Assembly (NCBI GenBank): GCA_963796275.1
Contig: CAWCKY010000004.1
Location: forward strand, 256,001 to 320,000
DNA from: an uncultured Acidobacteriota bacterium
GTDB taxonomy: Bacteria; Acidobacteriota; Blastocatellia; RBC074
DNA: 64,000 nucleotides
Direction: 5' to 3'
Shown here piece by piece: positions 20,764 to 32,285 of the stretch. The position numbers and the translations under genes are program-made. Within the stretch, counting starts at the first letter, position 1. Each line of letters opens with the position of its first letter. A model generated the notes under the pieces. It was given only the letters and a program-made list of their open reading frames with translations. It ran no database searches and was not told where the DNA came from.

Positions 20764-22344
20764 TTATAAATTAATCTGTTTCACCGAAATTACGTGCTGG
20801 ACTTTTGCCAAATCAGCCAGCGTCGCTGAGTCCAGCGCGCTGTCGATCTGATAGACGGCCATCGCCGTCCCGCCCGCGCGATTGCGGCTCAGGTAAAGTT
20901 GGGCGATGTTTATCTTCTGATCGCCGAGAAAGCTGCCGACGCTGCCGACAACTCCGGGCTGGTCATCATTCTGAAGAATCAACATCTGGCCTTCCGGCAC
21001 GGCTTCGAGCCGATAAGACCCGATATTGACGATCCGGATATCTCTGCGTCCGAATAGCGTCCCGGCCACTCTGCTCTCATGCGCATCATTACGCACCGTG
21101 ACTTCGATCAAGCTCGTGAAATCCTGCACCCCGAGCTCCTTCGATTCGGTCACGCGCAGGCCGCGCTCTTCAGCTATCAAAGAAGCGTTGACATGATTGA
21201 CGCGCGCGCTGACCGATTTAAGCAGACCGGTGAGTACGGCTTGCGTCATCGGGCGGACATCCAGCTGAGCGGCTTCGCCGCTGAAACTGATCCTCACTTC
21301 ATTGACCGGCTTATCGAAGAATTGTGCCTGGAAGCTGCCCAGCTTCTCACCGAGCGTAATGTAGGGAATGATGTTTTCGAGCGCTTCAGCCGTGACCGCG
21401 GGCACGTTGACAGCGCCGGCGACCGCGCCGTTGAGTAAATAGTTGGCCACTTGATCGGCGATAGTGACGGCCACGGCATCTTGCGCTTCACTGGTCGAAG
21501 CGCCGAGATGCGGCGTGACGATCACGTCATCAAGAGATAGTAAGGGATGATCTGCCGGTACGGGTTCCTGTACGAAGACGTCGAGGGCTGCTCCTGCTAC
21601 TTTGCCAGCTTTGATCGCATCATGCAGTGCTTGTTCGTCCACCAGCCCGCCGCGCGCACAATTGATGATCCTTACGCCGTCTCTCATTTTCTCGAATGCC
21701 GAGCGTCCGATGATGCCGCGCGTATCATCGGTCAAAGGAGTGTGCACCGTGATAAAGTCCGCTCGTTGAAAGACTTCATCGAGGGTGCCCAATTCGATGC
21801 CGGATTTCGACGCGATCTCCCTTGAAATGAACGGATCGTATGCTATGACCTTCATCGCCAACCCCACGGCGCGCGATGCCACGATCTTACCGATATTTCC
21901 GAGCCCTATGACGCCGAGCGTCTTGCCCGCCAGCTCCACTCCCATAAAACTCTTTTTATCCCATTTGCCGCCTTTGAGTTTGCCGTGTGCCTGAGGGATC
22001 TTGCGGGCAAGCGACATGAGGAGCGAAATGGTGTGCTCGGCTGTCGTCACACTGTTGCCCGCCGCGGCGTTCATCACGACAATGCCCTTCCCCGTCGCCA
22101 CGGGGACATCGACGTTGTCGACTCCGGTCCCGGCGCGGCCGATGACTTTCAGGTTATCAGCGGCGCTGAGAATATCAGCGGTCACCTTCGTCTCGCTGCG
22201 GACGATCAGCGCTTGATAATCGCCGATGATCCTCTTCAATTCTTCCGGCTTCAATCCGGTGTTGACGTCGACCTGGAACTGTTCGTTCCTGCGCAGTAGA
22301 TCGATGCCTCGTGCGGAAAGATTGTCACTTATTAAGATTTTCAT
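20764..22344 (-). CDS. serA: D-3-phosphoglycerate dehydrogenase (with ASB and ACT domains)
   Basis: VRSETKV, GRAGTGVDNVD, GLGNIG, NCARGG, TPHLGAST and C-terminal ACT domain (NDDQPGVVG). Confidence 0.96.
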   Translation of the reverse strand: MKILISDNLSARGIDLLRRNEQFQVDVNTGLKPEELKRIIGDYQALIVRSETKVTADILSAADNLKVIGRAGTGVDNVDVPVATGKGIVVMNAAAGNSVTTAEHTISLLMSLARKIPQAHGKLKGGKWDKKSFMGVELAGKTLGVIGLGNIGKIVASRAVGLAMKVIAYDPFISREIASKSGIELGTLDEVFQRADFITVHTPLTDDTRGIIGRSAFEKMRDGVRIINCARGGLVDEQALHDAIKAGKVAGAALDVFVQEPVPADHPLLSLDDVIVTPHLGASTSEAQDAVAVTIADQVANYLLNGAVAGAVNVPAVTAEALENIIPYITLGEKLGSFQAQFFDKPVNEVRISFSGEAAQLDVRPMTQAVLTGLLKSVSARVNHVNASLIAEERGLRVTESKELGVQDFTSLIEVTVRNDAHESRVAGTLFGRRDIRIVNIGSYRLEAVPEGQMLILQNDDQPGVVGSVGSFLGDQKINIAQLYLSRNRAGGTAMAVYQIDSALDSATLADLAKVQHVISVKQINL

Positions 22345-22416
22345 GTTTGTATGAATTCAGCCTTTCTCCATGATATTTGAGTGGATGTTGAGGAGCCGGC
22401 GGAATGGCGCGCTCGA

Positions 22417-22578
22417 CTACCGCTGCCAGGACCAAGTGTGCGAACACCAGGTTGCTGAAGATAATAAGCGGCGCCAGGAGAAGAGAGAGTGACCGGTAGA
22501 AGAAGATAATGGATGAGCGCAAATGTGAATACCACGCGCTGCACGATTCACCAGGATGTATGTCAGGTCTCCGGTCAT
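22417..22578 (-). CDS. Candidate leader peptide upstream of serA (53 aa, Ser/Trp/His rich), not in the ORF track
   Basis: Hand translation: MTGDLTYILVNRAARGIHICAHPLSSSTGHSLFSWRRLLSSATWCSHTWSWQR*; TAAAAT sits 7 nt before the ATG. Confidence 0.5.
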   Translation of the reverse strand: MTGDLTYILVNRAARGIHICAHPLSSSTGHSLFSWRRLLSSATWCSHTWSWQR

Positions 22579-22657
22579 TTTTTATATTTTATAGAATGCC
22601 ACATTTAAATGCCGCTTTGAAGAGGACCAGGAGATGATCTCGCCAAAGCGAAGGCTA

Positions 22658-22686
22658 ATAATACGTAGGGCGCGTATAAAAATCAA
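22658..22686 (-). promoter_or_regulatory. Putative sigma70 promoter toward serA
   Basis: TTGATT-17 bp-TATTAT on the minus strand. Confidence 0.45.
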
Positions 22687-22699
22687 ATTTTCCTGATGC

Positions 22700-22728
22700 T
22701 TGCCTTTTCCCATTCCCACTCTTAAACT
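22700..22728 (+). promoter_or_regulatory. Putative sigma70 promoter of sucC
   Basis: TTGCCT-17 bp-TAAACT. Confidence 0.55.
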
Positions 22729-22775
22729 CCCTCTTTATTTCGCTCGCCCCAACCAAATCGGCATGAGGCATTCTT

Positions 22776-23942
22776 ATGAAAATTCACGAATACCAAGGTA
22801 AAGAATTGCTGCGCCGCTTCGACGTCAAAGTACCGCGAGGTTTCGTAGCGCACACTGTGGCTGAAGCCGAGGCGGCAGCCAGAGAACTGGGTTTACCCGT
22901 CGTCGTCAAGGCTCAAATTCACGCCGGCGGCCGCGGCAAAGGCGGGGGAGTTAAACTCGCGAAGACGATGGATGATGTCCGCAACATGGCCGGGCAAATG
23001 ATGGGAATGAATCTGGTAACGCATCAGACGGGCCCCGAGGGGCGTACCGTGCATACGCTCCTGATCGAAGAAGGCCTGAAGATCAAAAAGGAGTTTTATC
23101 TTGGTATGCTGCTCGACCGCTCGGTCGCTCAGCTCGTCTTTATGGCCTCATCCGCAGGCGGAATGGATATCGAAGAAGTCGCGGCGAAAACGCCCGAGAA
23201 GATATTGAAGGAATATATCGACCCGGGGGTCGGTATGCAGGCTTATCAGGCGCGCAACCTGGCTTTCGGCCTGGGACTGGCGCCTGAACTCACGGGGAAG
23301 GCGACGAAGTTCATGCTCTCGCTCGCGCGCGCGTTCGTCGAACTCGATGCCTCGCTCGTCGAGATCAATCCCTTCCTGTTGACCGAAGACGGCGAACTTT
23401 ACGCGCTCGATGCGAAAATCAACTTCGACGACAACGCGCTCTATCGCCACAAAGAATTGGCCGCGCTGCGCGACCTGAACGAGGAGGCGCCGCTTGAAAT
23501 CGAAGCATCGAAACACGACCTGAACTACATCAAGCTCGACGGGAACATCGCGTGTATGGTCAACGGCGCCGGATTGGCGATGGCAACGATGGATATCATC
23601 AAGCTCGCGGGCGGCGAACCGGCGAATTTCCTCGATGTCGGCGGAGGAGCGTCGCAGGAACGCGTCGAGAACGCTTTCCGCATCCTGCTCGCCGATCCGA
23701 ACGTCCAGGCTGTGCTGATCAATATCTTCGGGGGGATAGTTCGCTGCGATATGGTCGCGCGCGGTGTAGTGGAGGCGGCTCGGATTCTGCACGTCACGAG
23801 GCCGATCGTCGTACGGCTGGAAGGAACAAACGTCGAAGAGGGCCAGAGCGTCTTGCGCGAATCTGGTCTCAACTTCATCGTGGCAGACGGAATGAAAGAT
23901 GCCGCGGATAAAGCGGTGGCAGCAGCCTCGGGCAGGAAATAA
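22776..23942 (+). CDS. sucC: Succinate--CoA ligase (ADP-forming) beta subunit
   Basis: [40 protein letters not shown] and [10 protein letters not shown]. Confidence 0.96.
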   Translation: MKIHEYQGKELLRRFDVKVPRGFVAHTVAEAEAAARELGLPVVVKAQIHAGGRGKGGGVKLAKTMDDVRNMAGQMMGMNLVTHQTGPEGRTVHTLLIEEGLKIKKEFYLGMLLDRSVAQLVFMASSAGGMDIEEVAAKTPEKILKEYIDPGVGMQAYQARNLAFGLGLAPELTGKATKFMLSLARAFVELDASLVEINPFLLTEDGELYALDAKINFDDNALYRHKELAALRDLNEEAPLEIEASKHDLNYIKLDGNIACMVNGAGLAMATMDIIKLAGGEPANFLDVGGGASQERVENAFRILLADPNVQAVLINIFGGIVRCDMVARGVVEAARILHVTRPIVVRLEGTNVEEGQSVLRESGLNFIVADGMKDAADKAVAAASGRK

Positions 23943-24235
23943 GCGGTAAACATTTATCATTTTACATTTGTCATTTTACATTTGTCATTTGTAGAGCTGC
24001 AGTTCTTCAATGACAAATGACAATTGTAAGCGGAGGATATAAGCGGTAACGCAATTACATTTGTCAATTTAGATTTGTCATTTGTAGAGCTGCAATTCTT
24101 CAATGACAAATGACAATTGTAAGCGGAGGATATAAGCGGTAACGCAATTACATATTTGTCAATTTACAATTGTCATTTGTAGAGCTGCAGTTCTTCAATG
24201 ACAAATGACAATTGTAAAATGATAAATGTAAAATG
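23941..24235. repeat. Three tandem ~93-100 bp units of a heptamer-armed palindrome, (TTTGTCA)n-GTAGAGCTGCAGTTCTTC-(AATGACA)n
   Basis: Core GTAGAGCTGC at 23991, 24084 and 24179; inter-unit sequence nearly identical. Confidence 0.9.
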
Positions 24236-24238
24236 GAA

Positions 24239-25900
24239 TTAGATCTCCAGCACGACCGGAATAATCATCGGCCGCCGCCCGGTCTCCTTCTGGATATATC
24301 GTTTAAGATCGAGCCGGATCTTCTCTTTTATCACCGCCCAATCTACGCGTTCTTCGTGACTCGCGCACTCAATCGTCTCTCCCACGATAACACGGGCCTT
24401 GTGGAGAAATTCGGTGCCGTCATCACTCAAGGCCAGGCCGCGCTGGATCACTTCGGGCGTGGATTCCAGTTCACCCGATATTTTGTTGATCGCCACGATC
24501 GGGAGAACGATGCCATCGTAGGCCAGATGTTTGCGATCGCGCAGCACCATATCGTCTATCCGCCCAGAACCGGAGTCGTCGATCAATGTGCGGCCGACCG
24601 TCACTTTGTCGGCGACCCTTGCGCTCGATTCGTCGAGCTCGATGACGTCCCCGCTTTCGGCCAGCACGATCCGATCGCGCGGCACGCCCCAGCTGATGGC
24701 GGCTTCGGCGTGACGATAAAGCTGGCGCGTCTCGCCGTGAATCGGAATGAGAAACTTCGGTCGCACGGCTTCATACATTATCCTCAGGTCATCCTGTCGC
24801 CCGTGGCCTGAAACGTGGATCCGCGCGATGCCGCTGTCTATGACGCGCGCATCCTTTTTGAATAGATGGTTCATCATCCGCGAAATTGACCGTTCATTAC
24901 CGGGTATCTGCCGGGCCGAGATAACGACCGTATCTCCCGGAATGACGCTCGCTTCTTTATGTGAGTCAACCGCCATCCGCGCGAGCGCAGACAGCGGCTC
25001 GCCCTGGCTGCCCGTGACTAGAATGCAAACCTCTTCCGGCGACATCTTCCGCGCCTGCTGGGTGCTGATCAACTGCCCAGCTTCGATGTCCAGATAGCCG
25101 TATTTCATCGCGGTCTCGACGTTGCGAATCATGCTCCGGCCGAGCAAGGCTACGGAGCGGCCCTGTTCCGCCGCCATATCGAAAACTATCTGCAGGCGAT
25201 GGATGCTGGTCGCAAAGCAAGTGACGATGATTCGCCCGGCGGCATTTCCGAAAATCTTTTCAAATGCCGGGATAACGGCTTTTTCCGATCCGGTCCGCCC
25301 TTCCCTCTCGACATTGGTTGAATCCGCGAGCAATGCGAGAACCCCGCTGTCGCCGTACTGGTTCAACCGCTTCAGATCGATCGGGTCACCCAAGACAGGC
25401 GTCTCGTCGACTTTGAAGTCTCCCGTATGGACGATTACTCCCGCGGGCGTGTGAATCGCCAGCGCAACGCAATCGACCAGCGAGTGGGACACGCGGATGA
25501 ATTCTATTTCAAATGGGCCGAGCGCGAACTTCTGGCGCGGCTTGATGGTGTGCGTTTCCACCTTATCGATCAGTCCGAACTCCTGCAACTTGCTCTCGAC
25601 CAGGGCATGCGTGAACTCCGTGGCATAGATCGGCAGATTGACCATCTGTAGGACGAACGGAAGGGCTCCGACATGATCCTCGTGCGCGTGCGTCAGCACA
25701 ATGCCAATCAATTCATCGCGATGGGCTTCTATGTAAGTTAGGTCGGGAATTGCGATATCGGCACCGAGGAGGTCTTCATCAGGAAACATCATTCCGCAAT
25801 CGACGATTATCATCTGGCCATCGTAGCGGAATGCCGTGATGTTCATTCCAAATTGTCCGAGACCGCCCAGGGGGGTGATCTGAAGTTTGTCATTGGTCAT
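24239..25900 (-). CDS. rnj: Ribonuclease J
   Basis: [38 protein letters not shown] and PIHGE. Confidence 0.96.
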   Translation of the reverse strand: MTNDKLQITPLGGLGQFGMNITAFRYDGQMIIVDCGMMFPDEDLLGADIAIPDLTYIEAHRDELIGIVLTHAHEDHVGALPFVLQMVNLPIYATEFTHALVESKLQEFGLIDKVETHTIKPRQKFALGPFEIEFIRVSHSLVDCVALAIHTPAGVIVHTGDFKVDETPVLGDPIDLKRLNQYGDSGVLALLADSTNVEREGRTGSEKAVIPAFEKIFGNAAGRIIVTCFATSIHRLQIVFDMAAEQGRSVALLGRSMIRNVETAMKYGYLDIEAGQLISTQQARKMSPEEVCILVTGSQGEPLSALARMAVDSHKEASVIPGDTVVISARQIPGNERSISRMMNHLFKKDARVIDSGIARIHVSGHGRQDDLRIMYEAVRPKFLIPIHGETRQLYRHAEAAISWGVPRDRIVLAESGDVIELDESSARVADKVTVGRTLIDDSGSGRIDDMVLRDRKHLAYDGIVLPIVAINKISGELESTPEVIQRGLALSDDGTEFLHKARVIVGETIECASHEERVDWAVIKEKIRLDLKRYIQKETGRRPMIIPVVLEI

Positions 25901-25980
25901 TTAATAGTTTCGCTTTCAATATTTGTCCGCCCGAGTATATCCAAAGAGAATCAAAAAAGGCAAAATCATCAACAATTGCA

Positions 25981-26784
25981 TCATTTCTTTTCTTCCGGCT
26001 GAACCATCGCTTTCAAACGTACGATCTCCTCGATCGAGAGCGTCTCGGCGCGCCGCCGCGGATCGATCCGAGAATCATTGAGAGCAGATGCAATACCGGC
26101 CTCATCCCGTAACCCGAGCCTGTTTCCGCCGGCACGCAAATTATTGAGGATCGTTTTGCGGCGTTGGGAGAAAAGTACCTTTATCAGGTCGAGAAGCCCT
26201 CTATCATCGTCGACCGTTGGGCGCGTGCGCAATCGCACGACGCTCGAATAAACTTTCGGGGTGGGTCGAAATGCTCCGGGCGGAACATCGAACAATTTTT
26301 CAACTTCACAATAAAATTGCACCAGTACCGAAAGATATCCGTATTCTTTGCCGCCGGGTTTTGCAATCAGCCGTTCTACCACTTCGCGCTGCAGCATAAG
26401 CGTCATCTCGTTTATGCAAACGCGCTGCTCGATCAGGCGCTGCAATATCGGAGTCGCCACGTAATAAGGCAGATTGGCGACAACGCGCGCAGAGCCGCCC
26501 GCATCGACCAACCGGCAGAAATCGACATCGAGAGCATCGGCTTCGATCAACTTGAGATTGGTTATTCCGGCAAACCGCTCATTCAGTTCAGCGATCAGGC
26601 CGCGATCCAGTTCGATCGCGAAGATCTGCGCTCCGCTCTCAACCAAAAGCGCAGTGAGAGCTCCATGCCCCGGCCCGATCTCAACTATCGTTTCGTCACT
26701 CCGGGGAGAGACCGCATCAACTATGCGCTGTGGGTAGTGTGCGCCGGTCAGAAAATTTTGACCGAGTCCGCGTTTAGCTCGCAT
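25981..26784 (-). CDS. rsmA: 16S rRNA m6,2A dimethyltransferase (start MRAKRG at 26784)
   Basis: [25 protein letters not shown] and F-x-P-x-PKVYS. Confidence 0.96.
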   Translation of the reverse strand: MRAKRGLGQNFLTGAHYPQRIVDAVSPRSDETIVEIGPGHGALTALLVESGAQIFAIELDRGLIAELNERFAGITNLKLIEADALDVDFCRLVDAGGSARVVANLPYYVATPILQRLIEQRVCINEMTLMLQREVVERLIAKPGGKEYGYLSVLVQFYCEVEKLFDVPPGAFRPTPKVYSSVVRLRTRPTVDDDRGLLDLIKVLFSQRRKTILNNLRAGGNRLGLRDEAGIASALNDSRIDPRRRAETLSIEEIVRLKAMVQPEEKK

Positions 26785-26791
26785 TGTTATT

Positions 26792-27925
26792 TCAGCTAGG
26801 GTAACCGGTGATCTCCCAATCGGCGCCTCGCCGCAAGACTTCGACTTCTCGCAACTCGAGAGCATCGCTCAATTTCTCGAATCCGGATCCTCCGATCGCC
26901 GCAACGGAATGGCGCCCGCCGATGATTCTCGGGGCCACGAAGAATGTCACCTTATCGACGAAACGCTCTTCGATGAATGAACCCGCAATATCCGACCCGC
27001 CCTCGACGATGAGGCTTGTCAGTTGGCGCTTGCCGATCTCAGACAATATCGCCCGCAAATCAAGCCTTCCGCAAGTGGAAGCGACACAAATGATTTCTGC
27101 GCCCAGTTCTGCCAGCCTATCCCGCTTTGACGCCCAGGAATCGTACGCCCCTGCTCCTTCGCCCTCTTCCTGCCGTGCCGTGCAAACAATCAGGGGAGAC
27201 TCGCCTGCTGTGCGGACGAGTTGAGAGGTTAATGGAATGCGTAATCCGGCATCAAGCACAACGCGGACGAGGGTCTTGCGGCGCGCTCCGGTCGTGCGGT
27301 CGGTCAGCAGAGGATCATCGGCCAGTACAGTTCCTATACCGATAAGGATCGCGTCATATTCGTGCCGCAACGATTGCGAGGCGGCCCGCGCCTCCTTTCC
27401 CGTTATCCACTTCGAATCGCCGGTGCGGGTCGCTATGCGGCCGTCAAGAGAGCACGCCGACTTGAGATGGACGAACGGCAATCCCGTCGTCACATACTTC
27501 GCGTACTTCTCATTCAATTTCCGCGCTTCCTGTTCCATCAATCCGACTTCGACATCTATGCCTGCTTCGCGCAAACGCGCGACACCCCGCCCGTTGACGC
27601 GCGGGTTCGGATCGATCATCGAAGCCACGACGCGGCCGATGTGCGCTTCAATCAACGCTTCCACGCACGGTCTCGTGCGTTTGCCCGGGCCTTGATGTGA
27701 GCACGGCTCGAGATTGACGTAGACTGTCGAACCGCGCGCACTTTCGCCCGCCTCTTCGAGCGCCCATATTTCAGCGTGTTTCAAATCGTCATAGCGATGA
27801 TAGCCGCGACCTGAGATCACGCCGTCTTTGACGACAACCGATCCGACCAGCGGATTGGGAGTGACAAGGGCTGTACCTTGAGCGGCGAGTTGGATGACAA
27901 ATTGGATGTACTCGAGGTCGCTCAT
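26792..27925 (-). CDS. ribD: Bifunctional riboflavin biosynthesis deaminase/reductase (start MSDLEY at 27925)
   Basis: PNPLVG, HAE, LEPCSH, SLDGRIA, SKWIT and VEGGS. Confidence 0.96.
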   Translation of the reverse strand: MSDLEYIQFVIQLAAQGTALVTPNPLVGSVVVKDGVISGRGYHRYDDLKHAEIWALEEAGESARGSTVYVNLEPCSHQGPGKRTRPCVEALIEAHIGRVVASMIDPNPRVNGRGVARLREAGIDVEVGLMEQEARKLNEKYAKYVTTGLPFVHLKSACSLDGRIATRTGDSKWITGKEARAASQSLRHEYDAILIGIGTVLADDPLLTDRTTGARRKTLVRVVLDAGLRIPLTSQLVRTAGESPLIVCTARQEEGEGAGAYDSWASKRDRLAELGAEIICVASTCGRLDLRAILSEIGKRQLTSLIVEGGSDIAGSFIEERFVDKVTFFVAPRIIGGRHSVAAIGGSGFEKLSDALELREVEVLRRGADWEITGYPS

Positions 27926-27947
27926 AAAAAAATCAAAAGGCGTAATT

Positions 27948-28036
27948 GAAAGGGAAACGAAAGGGGCAAAAAGAAGCAAAAAAGACCAAAATTATTTCGC
28001 CTTTTTTGTCCTTTTTTGCCCCTTTCGTTTCCCTTT
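27948..28036. repeat. Family D palindrome between ftsY and ribD
   Basis: AAAGGGAAACGAAAGGGGCAAAAAG...CTTTTTTGCCCCTTTCGTTTCCCTTT near-perfect inverted repeat. Confidence 0.8.
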
Positions 28037-28054
28037 ATGATTTTGCCTTTCGAT

Positions 28055-29113
28055 TTATTCAAAAAGTCCGTCAACATAGGTTACAGGATTGAAAACGACG
28101 AGGTCATCTGCCTTCTCGCCGATCCCACAATATCGAATCGGTAAATTCAGCTCCTTCGCGATGGCCACCGCGATTCCGCCCTTCGCAGTGCCATCGAGTT
28201 TCGTCAGCACCAGGCCGGTTATATCGGCAGCCTTCATGAATTCGCGCGCCTGGCTCAATCCATTTTGCCCCGTCACCGCATCGACGACGAGCAAGGTCTC
28301 GTGAGGCGCGCCTTTCACCTCGCGGCGGGCGATCCGATTCATCTTTTCGAGTTCGGCCATCAGGTTCGCCTTGTTGTGCAAACGGCCCGCCGTATCGACG
28401 ATCAATACGTCTGCATTACGAGCTCTGGCCGCCTTCAGCGAATCGAACAAAACCGCCGCCGGATCGGTCCCCTGCTTCTGTTGAATCAACGGCACGCCGG
28501 CTCGCTCGGCCCAGATTGCCAGTTGATCGGTAGCCGCGGCTCGAAAGGTATCTGCCGCGCAGATCAATACATCGTATCCGTCGCCTTTTATGCGCTGCGC
28601 AAGTTTACCTATCGTCGTAGTCTTCCCGGTACCGTTCACTCCGACGATCATCATGACATAGGGCCGCACATCGTCGGGCACCGATGTCTCTGATGCCACG
28701 CCGCGCGCTTCCTCCGCTTTCTCAAGGATATCGAGCAGGTGCCGTTTGATCACCTGCTTCAGCTCGTTGACATCTTTGAGGGTCTGGCGATCAACTTGTT
28801 TGCGCACATCATCGATAATCTCGAGCGTAGTCTGAATGCCTATGTCGGCCCCGATCAGCGCTTCCTCCAGGTCGTCGAGTGTAGCGGCGTCGATCCGTTT
28901 CTCGCCCTTGACGACATCCTCGATCCGGGCAGAGATGTTTTCCCGTGTCGTAGCTACCGCTTTGCGAAAACGGGCATAGAAATTCTCTTCCTCGACCGCT
29001 TCTTCCGATGCGGCTTCGACGGGCACCTCCGCCTGCTCGGGCGCTTCGACGGGTTCTGACAACCCCAGAGTGATAAAATCGCTACCGCCTTTACGTTTCC
29101 AGAAAATACCCAT
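28055..29113 (-). CDS. ftsY: Signal recognition particle-docking protein
   Basis: [32 protein letters not shown]; short acidic N-terminus. Confidence 0.97.
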   Translation of the reverse strand: MGIFWKRKGGSDFITLGLSEPVEAPEQAEVPVEAASEEAVEEENFYARFRKAVATTRENISARIEDVVKGEKRIDAATLDDLEEALIGADIGIQTTLEIIDDVRKQVDRQTLKDVNELKQVIKRHLLDILEKAEEARGVASETSVPDDVRPYVMMIVGVNGTGKTTTIGKLAQRIKGDGYDVLICAADTFRAAATDQLAIWAERAGVPLIQQKQGTDPAAVLFDSLKAARARNADVLIVDTAGRLHNKANLMAELEKMNRIARREVKGAPHETLLVVDAVTGQNGLSQAREFMKAADITGLVLTKLDGTAKGGIAVAIAKELNLPIRYCGIGEKADDLVVFNPVTYVDGLFE

Positions 29114-29116
29114 TTC

Positions 29117-30361
29117 TCAATCTCCGACCGCAAGCGCCTCTTGCTGCGACAGACTCGCCGTCTGCTCATCCTTGGGATAACGCCACAACAACACCGCTGA
29201 AACCAGCGGCAGAATCGACATGTACATGAGAGCTCTGGTGAATCCGTAACGCTGGCTCATCGCCCCGGCGAGCGGCGTCAGCAACGCTCCCGCGCCCCAC
29301 GCGAAACCCATCATCAATGCGGAAACGGTGCTCGCGCCGCCGGGCACCAGCCTCTGCGCCATGACCACACTGATCGGAATCGGCAGGTTTAATACGGTTC
29401 CACCCGCCATTAAGAGTGTATAGCACAACACGCCCTCCGTTGAGAACGATGCGAGGAGGAGCGGCGCCGCCAGCAGCATCGCGACGATCGTCACCCGACG
29501 GGCGCCCAGGCGGTCCGCCAATGCGCCGCCGAAAAATCCCCCGACGCCTCCGAAAAAGAGAAACCCGGCCAGCACCCAGCTGGTCGCGTTCGTCGTCATC
29601 CCACTCTGTTGCAACGAAAATGGAAGGTAGGTCTGGATGCTGACGGATGCAGCCGAACGCAGTACTACGGCAAAATAAAGGAGCGTCAGCGGGGCCCAAG
29701 CCGCCCGGAGAGCGTGCGTCAACGGCGGCACATCGCGATCGCGCTCCTTACGCTCGAGCGGTGGACAGTATTTATACAGCACGAACCAAAAGGCCAATCC
29801 CCAGACGGCCGTATACCAACTGTACTCCAATCCGAAACGGCTCACCACCGCAGCGACCAGAACCGGCCCCAGGGCATAACCGACCGTACCGGCCGAAGAG
29901 AAAATCGACATCGCCATGCCTTGATGCCTGCCGTGCATCCCCGCCCCAGTTGCCCCATTTACCCCGTTAGAGGATGCGGCGTGCGATACCAGGGCAGCGC
30001 TCTGCGGATGGAATATCCCTACGCCGATGCCTCCAACTATCACCAGCATTATCAGGATCGGCAGACTATCCGCCGCTCCCAGGCATGAAAGAAAGATCGC
30101 GGCGATGAGCGGCCCGAAGACCGCCATCGAACGTTTCAGATATCTATCAGAGATAATCCCATAGACTGGCTGCATGAGCGACGAAGCGATCGTCAACGTC
30201 GGCGGCAATAGACCGGCCTGCGCCGGGGTCAGTTTGAGCTTCATCGCCAGCAACGGCAGCAATGGAAAGAGGAAGCTCGAATATGAGTCCATCACAAAAT
30301 GTGCCGTCGAGAGCAACCCGATCGTAAATTTGTTCTTATTGTTCATTTCATTTGGCCACAA
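29117..30361 (-). CDS. MFS transporter (Fsr-like)
   Basis: AHF-x-x-D, QPVYG-x-x-SDR, G-x-FHP and GALADRLG motifs. Confidence 0.88.
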   Translation of the reverse strand: MWPNEMNNKNKFTIGLLSTAHFVMDSYSSFLFPLLPLLAMKLKLTPAQAGLLPPTLTIASSLMQPVYGIISDRYLKRSMAVFGPLIAAIFLSCLGAADSLPILIMLVIVGGIGVGIFHPQSAALVSHAASSNGVNGATGAGMHGRHQGMAMSIFSSAGTVGYALGPVLVAAVVSRFGLEYSWYTAVWGLAFWFVLYKYCPPLERKERDRDVPPLTHALRAAWAPLTLLYFAVVLRSAASVSIQTYLPFSLQQSGMTTNATSWVLAGFLFFGGVGGFFGGALADRLGARRVTIVAMLLAAPLLLASFSTEGVLCYTLLMAGGTVLNLPIPISVVMAQRLVPGGASTVSALMMGFAWGAGALLTPLAGAMSQRYGFTRALMYMSILPLVSAVLLWRYPKDEQTASLSQQEALAVGD

Positions 30362-30472
30362 AAAGGCAATAACTTTCTATCCCTCTCCTTCTTCCCAATT
30401 TTGCCCTTTTTGTTTCCCCTTTGCATTCCTATGACATCATTCCAATTATGGGGCCGGCGATAAAATAAATAT

Positions 30473-31192
30473 TTATAAAGTCGCTTCGATGAATCTCCTG
30501 AAGATCGCCCTCGAAAAGTGATCGCGTTCCCAACCGACCTCAGGATGCCACTGCAGGCCGAGCACGAACCGGTCGGGGCGCGAATCGACCACTGCCTCGA
30601 TCACGCCATCGGGCGCGCGAGCGATCACCCGCAAATCGCGCCCGACCTGTTTGATCGCCTGATGGTGGCTGCTGTTGACCCGCGCTAAATCGCTACCGTT
30701 CAATTGAGCCAACAGCGAATTAGTCTCGATCTTTATGTGATGCGATGGTCGATCAGGAACCTGTCCCTGCTGATGTTTGAGCGCATCAAGATTCTGCGAT
30801 TCTATATCCTGTATCAGCGTTCCGCCGCGCGACACGTTGAGGGATTGCATCCCGAAACAGATGGCCAGGACAGGCATTTTCCGCTCTTCTGCAAGCTCGA
30901 GCAGGAGCAAATCCGTCTGGTCGCGCTCGGGCGTGACCGTCCCCAGTTTCGGATGCGGTTCTTCGCCGTAAAATATCGGATCCAGGTCGCTGTTGCTTCC
31001 CGACAACAACAGACCATCGAGTTTACCGGCGAGCGAGCTGAGATACTGCCGATCGGGGATCAATGGGATATAGACCGGTGCACCGCCCGAAGATTCAATT
31101 GCTTCGGCATAATAACGCCTCAGGTAGAAAGTGTTTTCAGCATCGAGACGCGTAGTGATGCCAATCAGCGGATAGTGTGTAACTGAGGCCAT
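30473..31192 (-). CDS. Gamma-glutamyl-gamma-aminobutyrate hydrolase family protein (peptidase C26)
   Basis: [23 protein letters not shown] and QWHPE. Confidence 0.9.
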   Translation of the reverse strand: MASVTHYPLIGITTRLDAENTFYLRRYYAEAIESSGGAPVYIPLIPDRQYLSSLAGKLDGLLLSGSNSDLDPIFYGEEPHPKLGTVTPERDQTDLLLLELAEERKMPVLAICFGMQSLNVSRGGTLIQDIESQNLDALKHQQGQVPDRPSHHIKIETNSLLAQLNGSDLARVNSSHHQAIKQVGRDLRVIARAPDGVIEAVVDSRPDRFVLGLQWHPEVGWERDHFSRAIFRRFIEATL

Positions 31193-31247
31193 TGTTAATA
31201 GCTAACTGTGCGATAACTCCTTCGATGAGTTCAACAAGTAAACGAAA

Positions 31248-31276
31248 AGTTTACGGGTTGGTGTTGGGCTTGTCAA
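31248..31276 (-). promoter_or_regulatory. Putative sigma70 promoter
   Basis: TTGACA-17 bp-TAAACT upstream of the C26 hydrolase gene. Confidence 0.7.
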
Positions 31277-31284
31277 AAGCAGGG

Positions 31285-32277
31285 TCACTCGCCCTTTCGT
31301 GCGGCAGCCATGAAAACCAAACCCAGACCGATCCAACAAAACATCCGTATCTTTCGGATTATCGCCAGCGCAACCCCGACCGTCACACCGAAGCCCAGAG
31401 TGCTGGTCATTAGACCCGTACCCGCTTCATCGACTCCCACCAGCACGGGTACAAAGATAAATACGATGTTCATTGCCCGGTTTATCGCCTCGAGCATAAA
31501 CGCGGTTGGGAGAACAAGGTCTACTCCGATCAATCGCAGAGTCGCATAAATTTCGACCACGCCCGACAGGTGAAAGGCCAATTCGCACAAGGCGACGATA
31601 AAGAAATCCCGCCGTCGATGCGCGTAAAAATCGAAGATATAGTTCTCCAGCTTGCGCAGATGAACGATCTTATCATCGATCATGCTTCTTCTAGTTTTAT
31701 CGCGGATAAACGCTCTATTAAGGAATCCCGCGATATCCGAGCCTAGGTTTATGCGCCGGCCGATCACGACGAAAACCGCGATTGAAACGATGAAGACCAC
31801 AGCCAGCGACGCGATCACCGCCGTGCGAAGAGATTCGTGCAAACCGAAACTTGCCAACAACGCGATCGCTCCGGCCATCACCATGAGGCAGCTCGATATC
31901 GTATATGCGATATCTTCAACCACTAAAGAAGACATCCCGGAAGAAACGGAGAGTCTTTTCCCCAGGGCGAGAACCTTCATCGGTTCGCCGACCACCGGGC
32001 CAATGGTCAACTCGCCGATCGCTTCCCCGGCCAACCGGGCGCGCCATAAAGCCCAAAATCCCACGTTGCGCTCTTCCGGCATCACACATCTCAGCCAAGC
32101 ATAGCCACGCGAGAGATTCCGCGTCGATGAAATGATGAGTATGAGAAGAAAGCCGGAACCGAGCGATCTGATGTGGGACCAGATCTGGGCCGGGCCCGTC
32201 TCTCCAATGACGTAAATGAAAAGCGCAATTCCTATCAGAGCGGAGCCGAGGGCGAGAAAACGTGAGCGAAGCTTCAT
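31285..32277 (-). CDS. Lysylphosphatidylglycerol synthase TM / flippase-like membrane protein
   Basis: About 8 TM segments; GEPMK and P-x-x-x-GVDEAG motifs. Confidence 0.75.
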   Translation of the reverse strand: MKLRSRFLALGSALIGIALFIYVIGETGPAQIWSHIRSLGSGFLLILIISSTRNLSRGYAWLRCVMPEERNVGFWALWRARLAGEAIGELTIGPVVGEPMKVLALGKRLSVSSGMSSLVVEDIAYTISSCLMVMAGAIALLASFGLHESLRTAVIASLAVVFIVSIAVFVVIGRRINLGSDIAGFLNRAFIRDKTRRSMIDDKIVHLRKLENYIFDFYAHRRRDFFIVALCELAFHLSGVVEIYATLRLIGVDLVLPTAFMLEAINRAMNIVFIFVPVLVGVDEAGTGLMTSTLGFGVTVGVALAIIRKIRMFCWIGLGLVFMAAARKGE

Positions 32278-32285
32278 TTATAAAC

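Noticed and set aside
22341-22544. 67-aa ORF ending in an ATGA overlap with serA, and the 65-aa ORF 22325-22522
   Set aside because: Non-ATG starts without a clear RBS; the overlapping ATG-initiated frame 22578-22417 has the more informative composition. Not fully excluded.
22621-22660. Glycine-riboswitch-like GGAGA...GCC...GAAGG
   Set aside because: Wrong strand for serA and lacks the downstream CTCTCAGG element.
23941-24235. Possible CRISPR array
   Set aside because: The sequence between the repeats is nearly identical rather than unique, the period is ~95 bp, and there are no cas genes.
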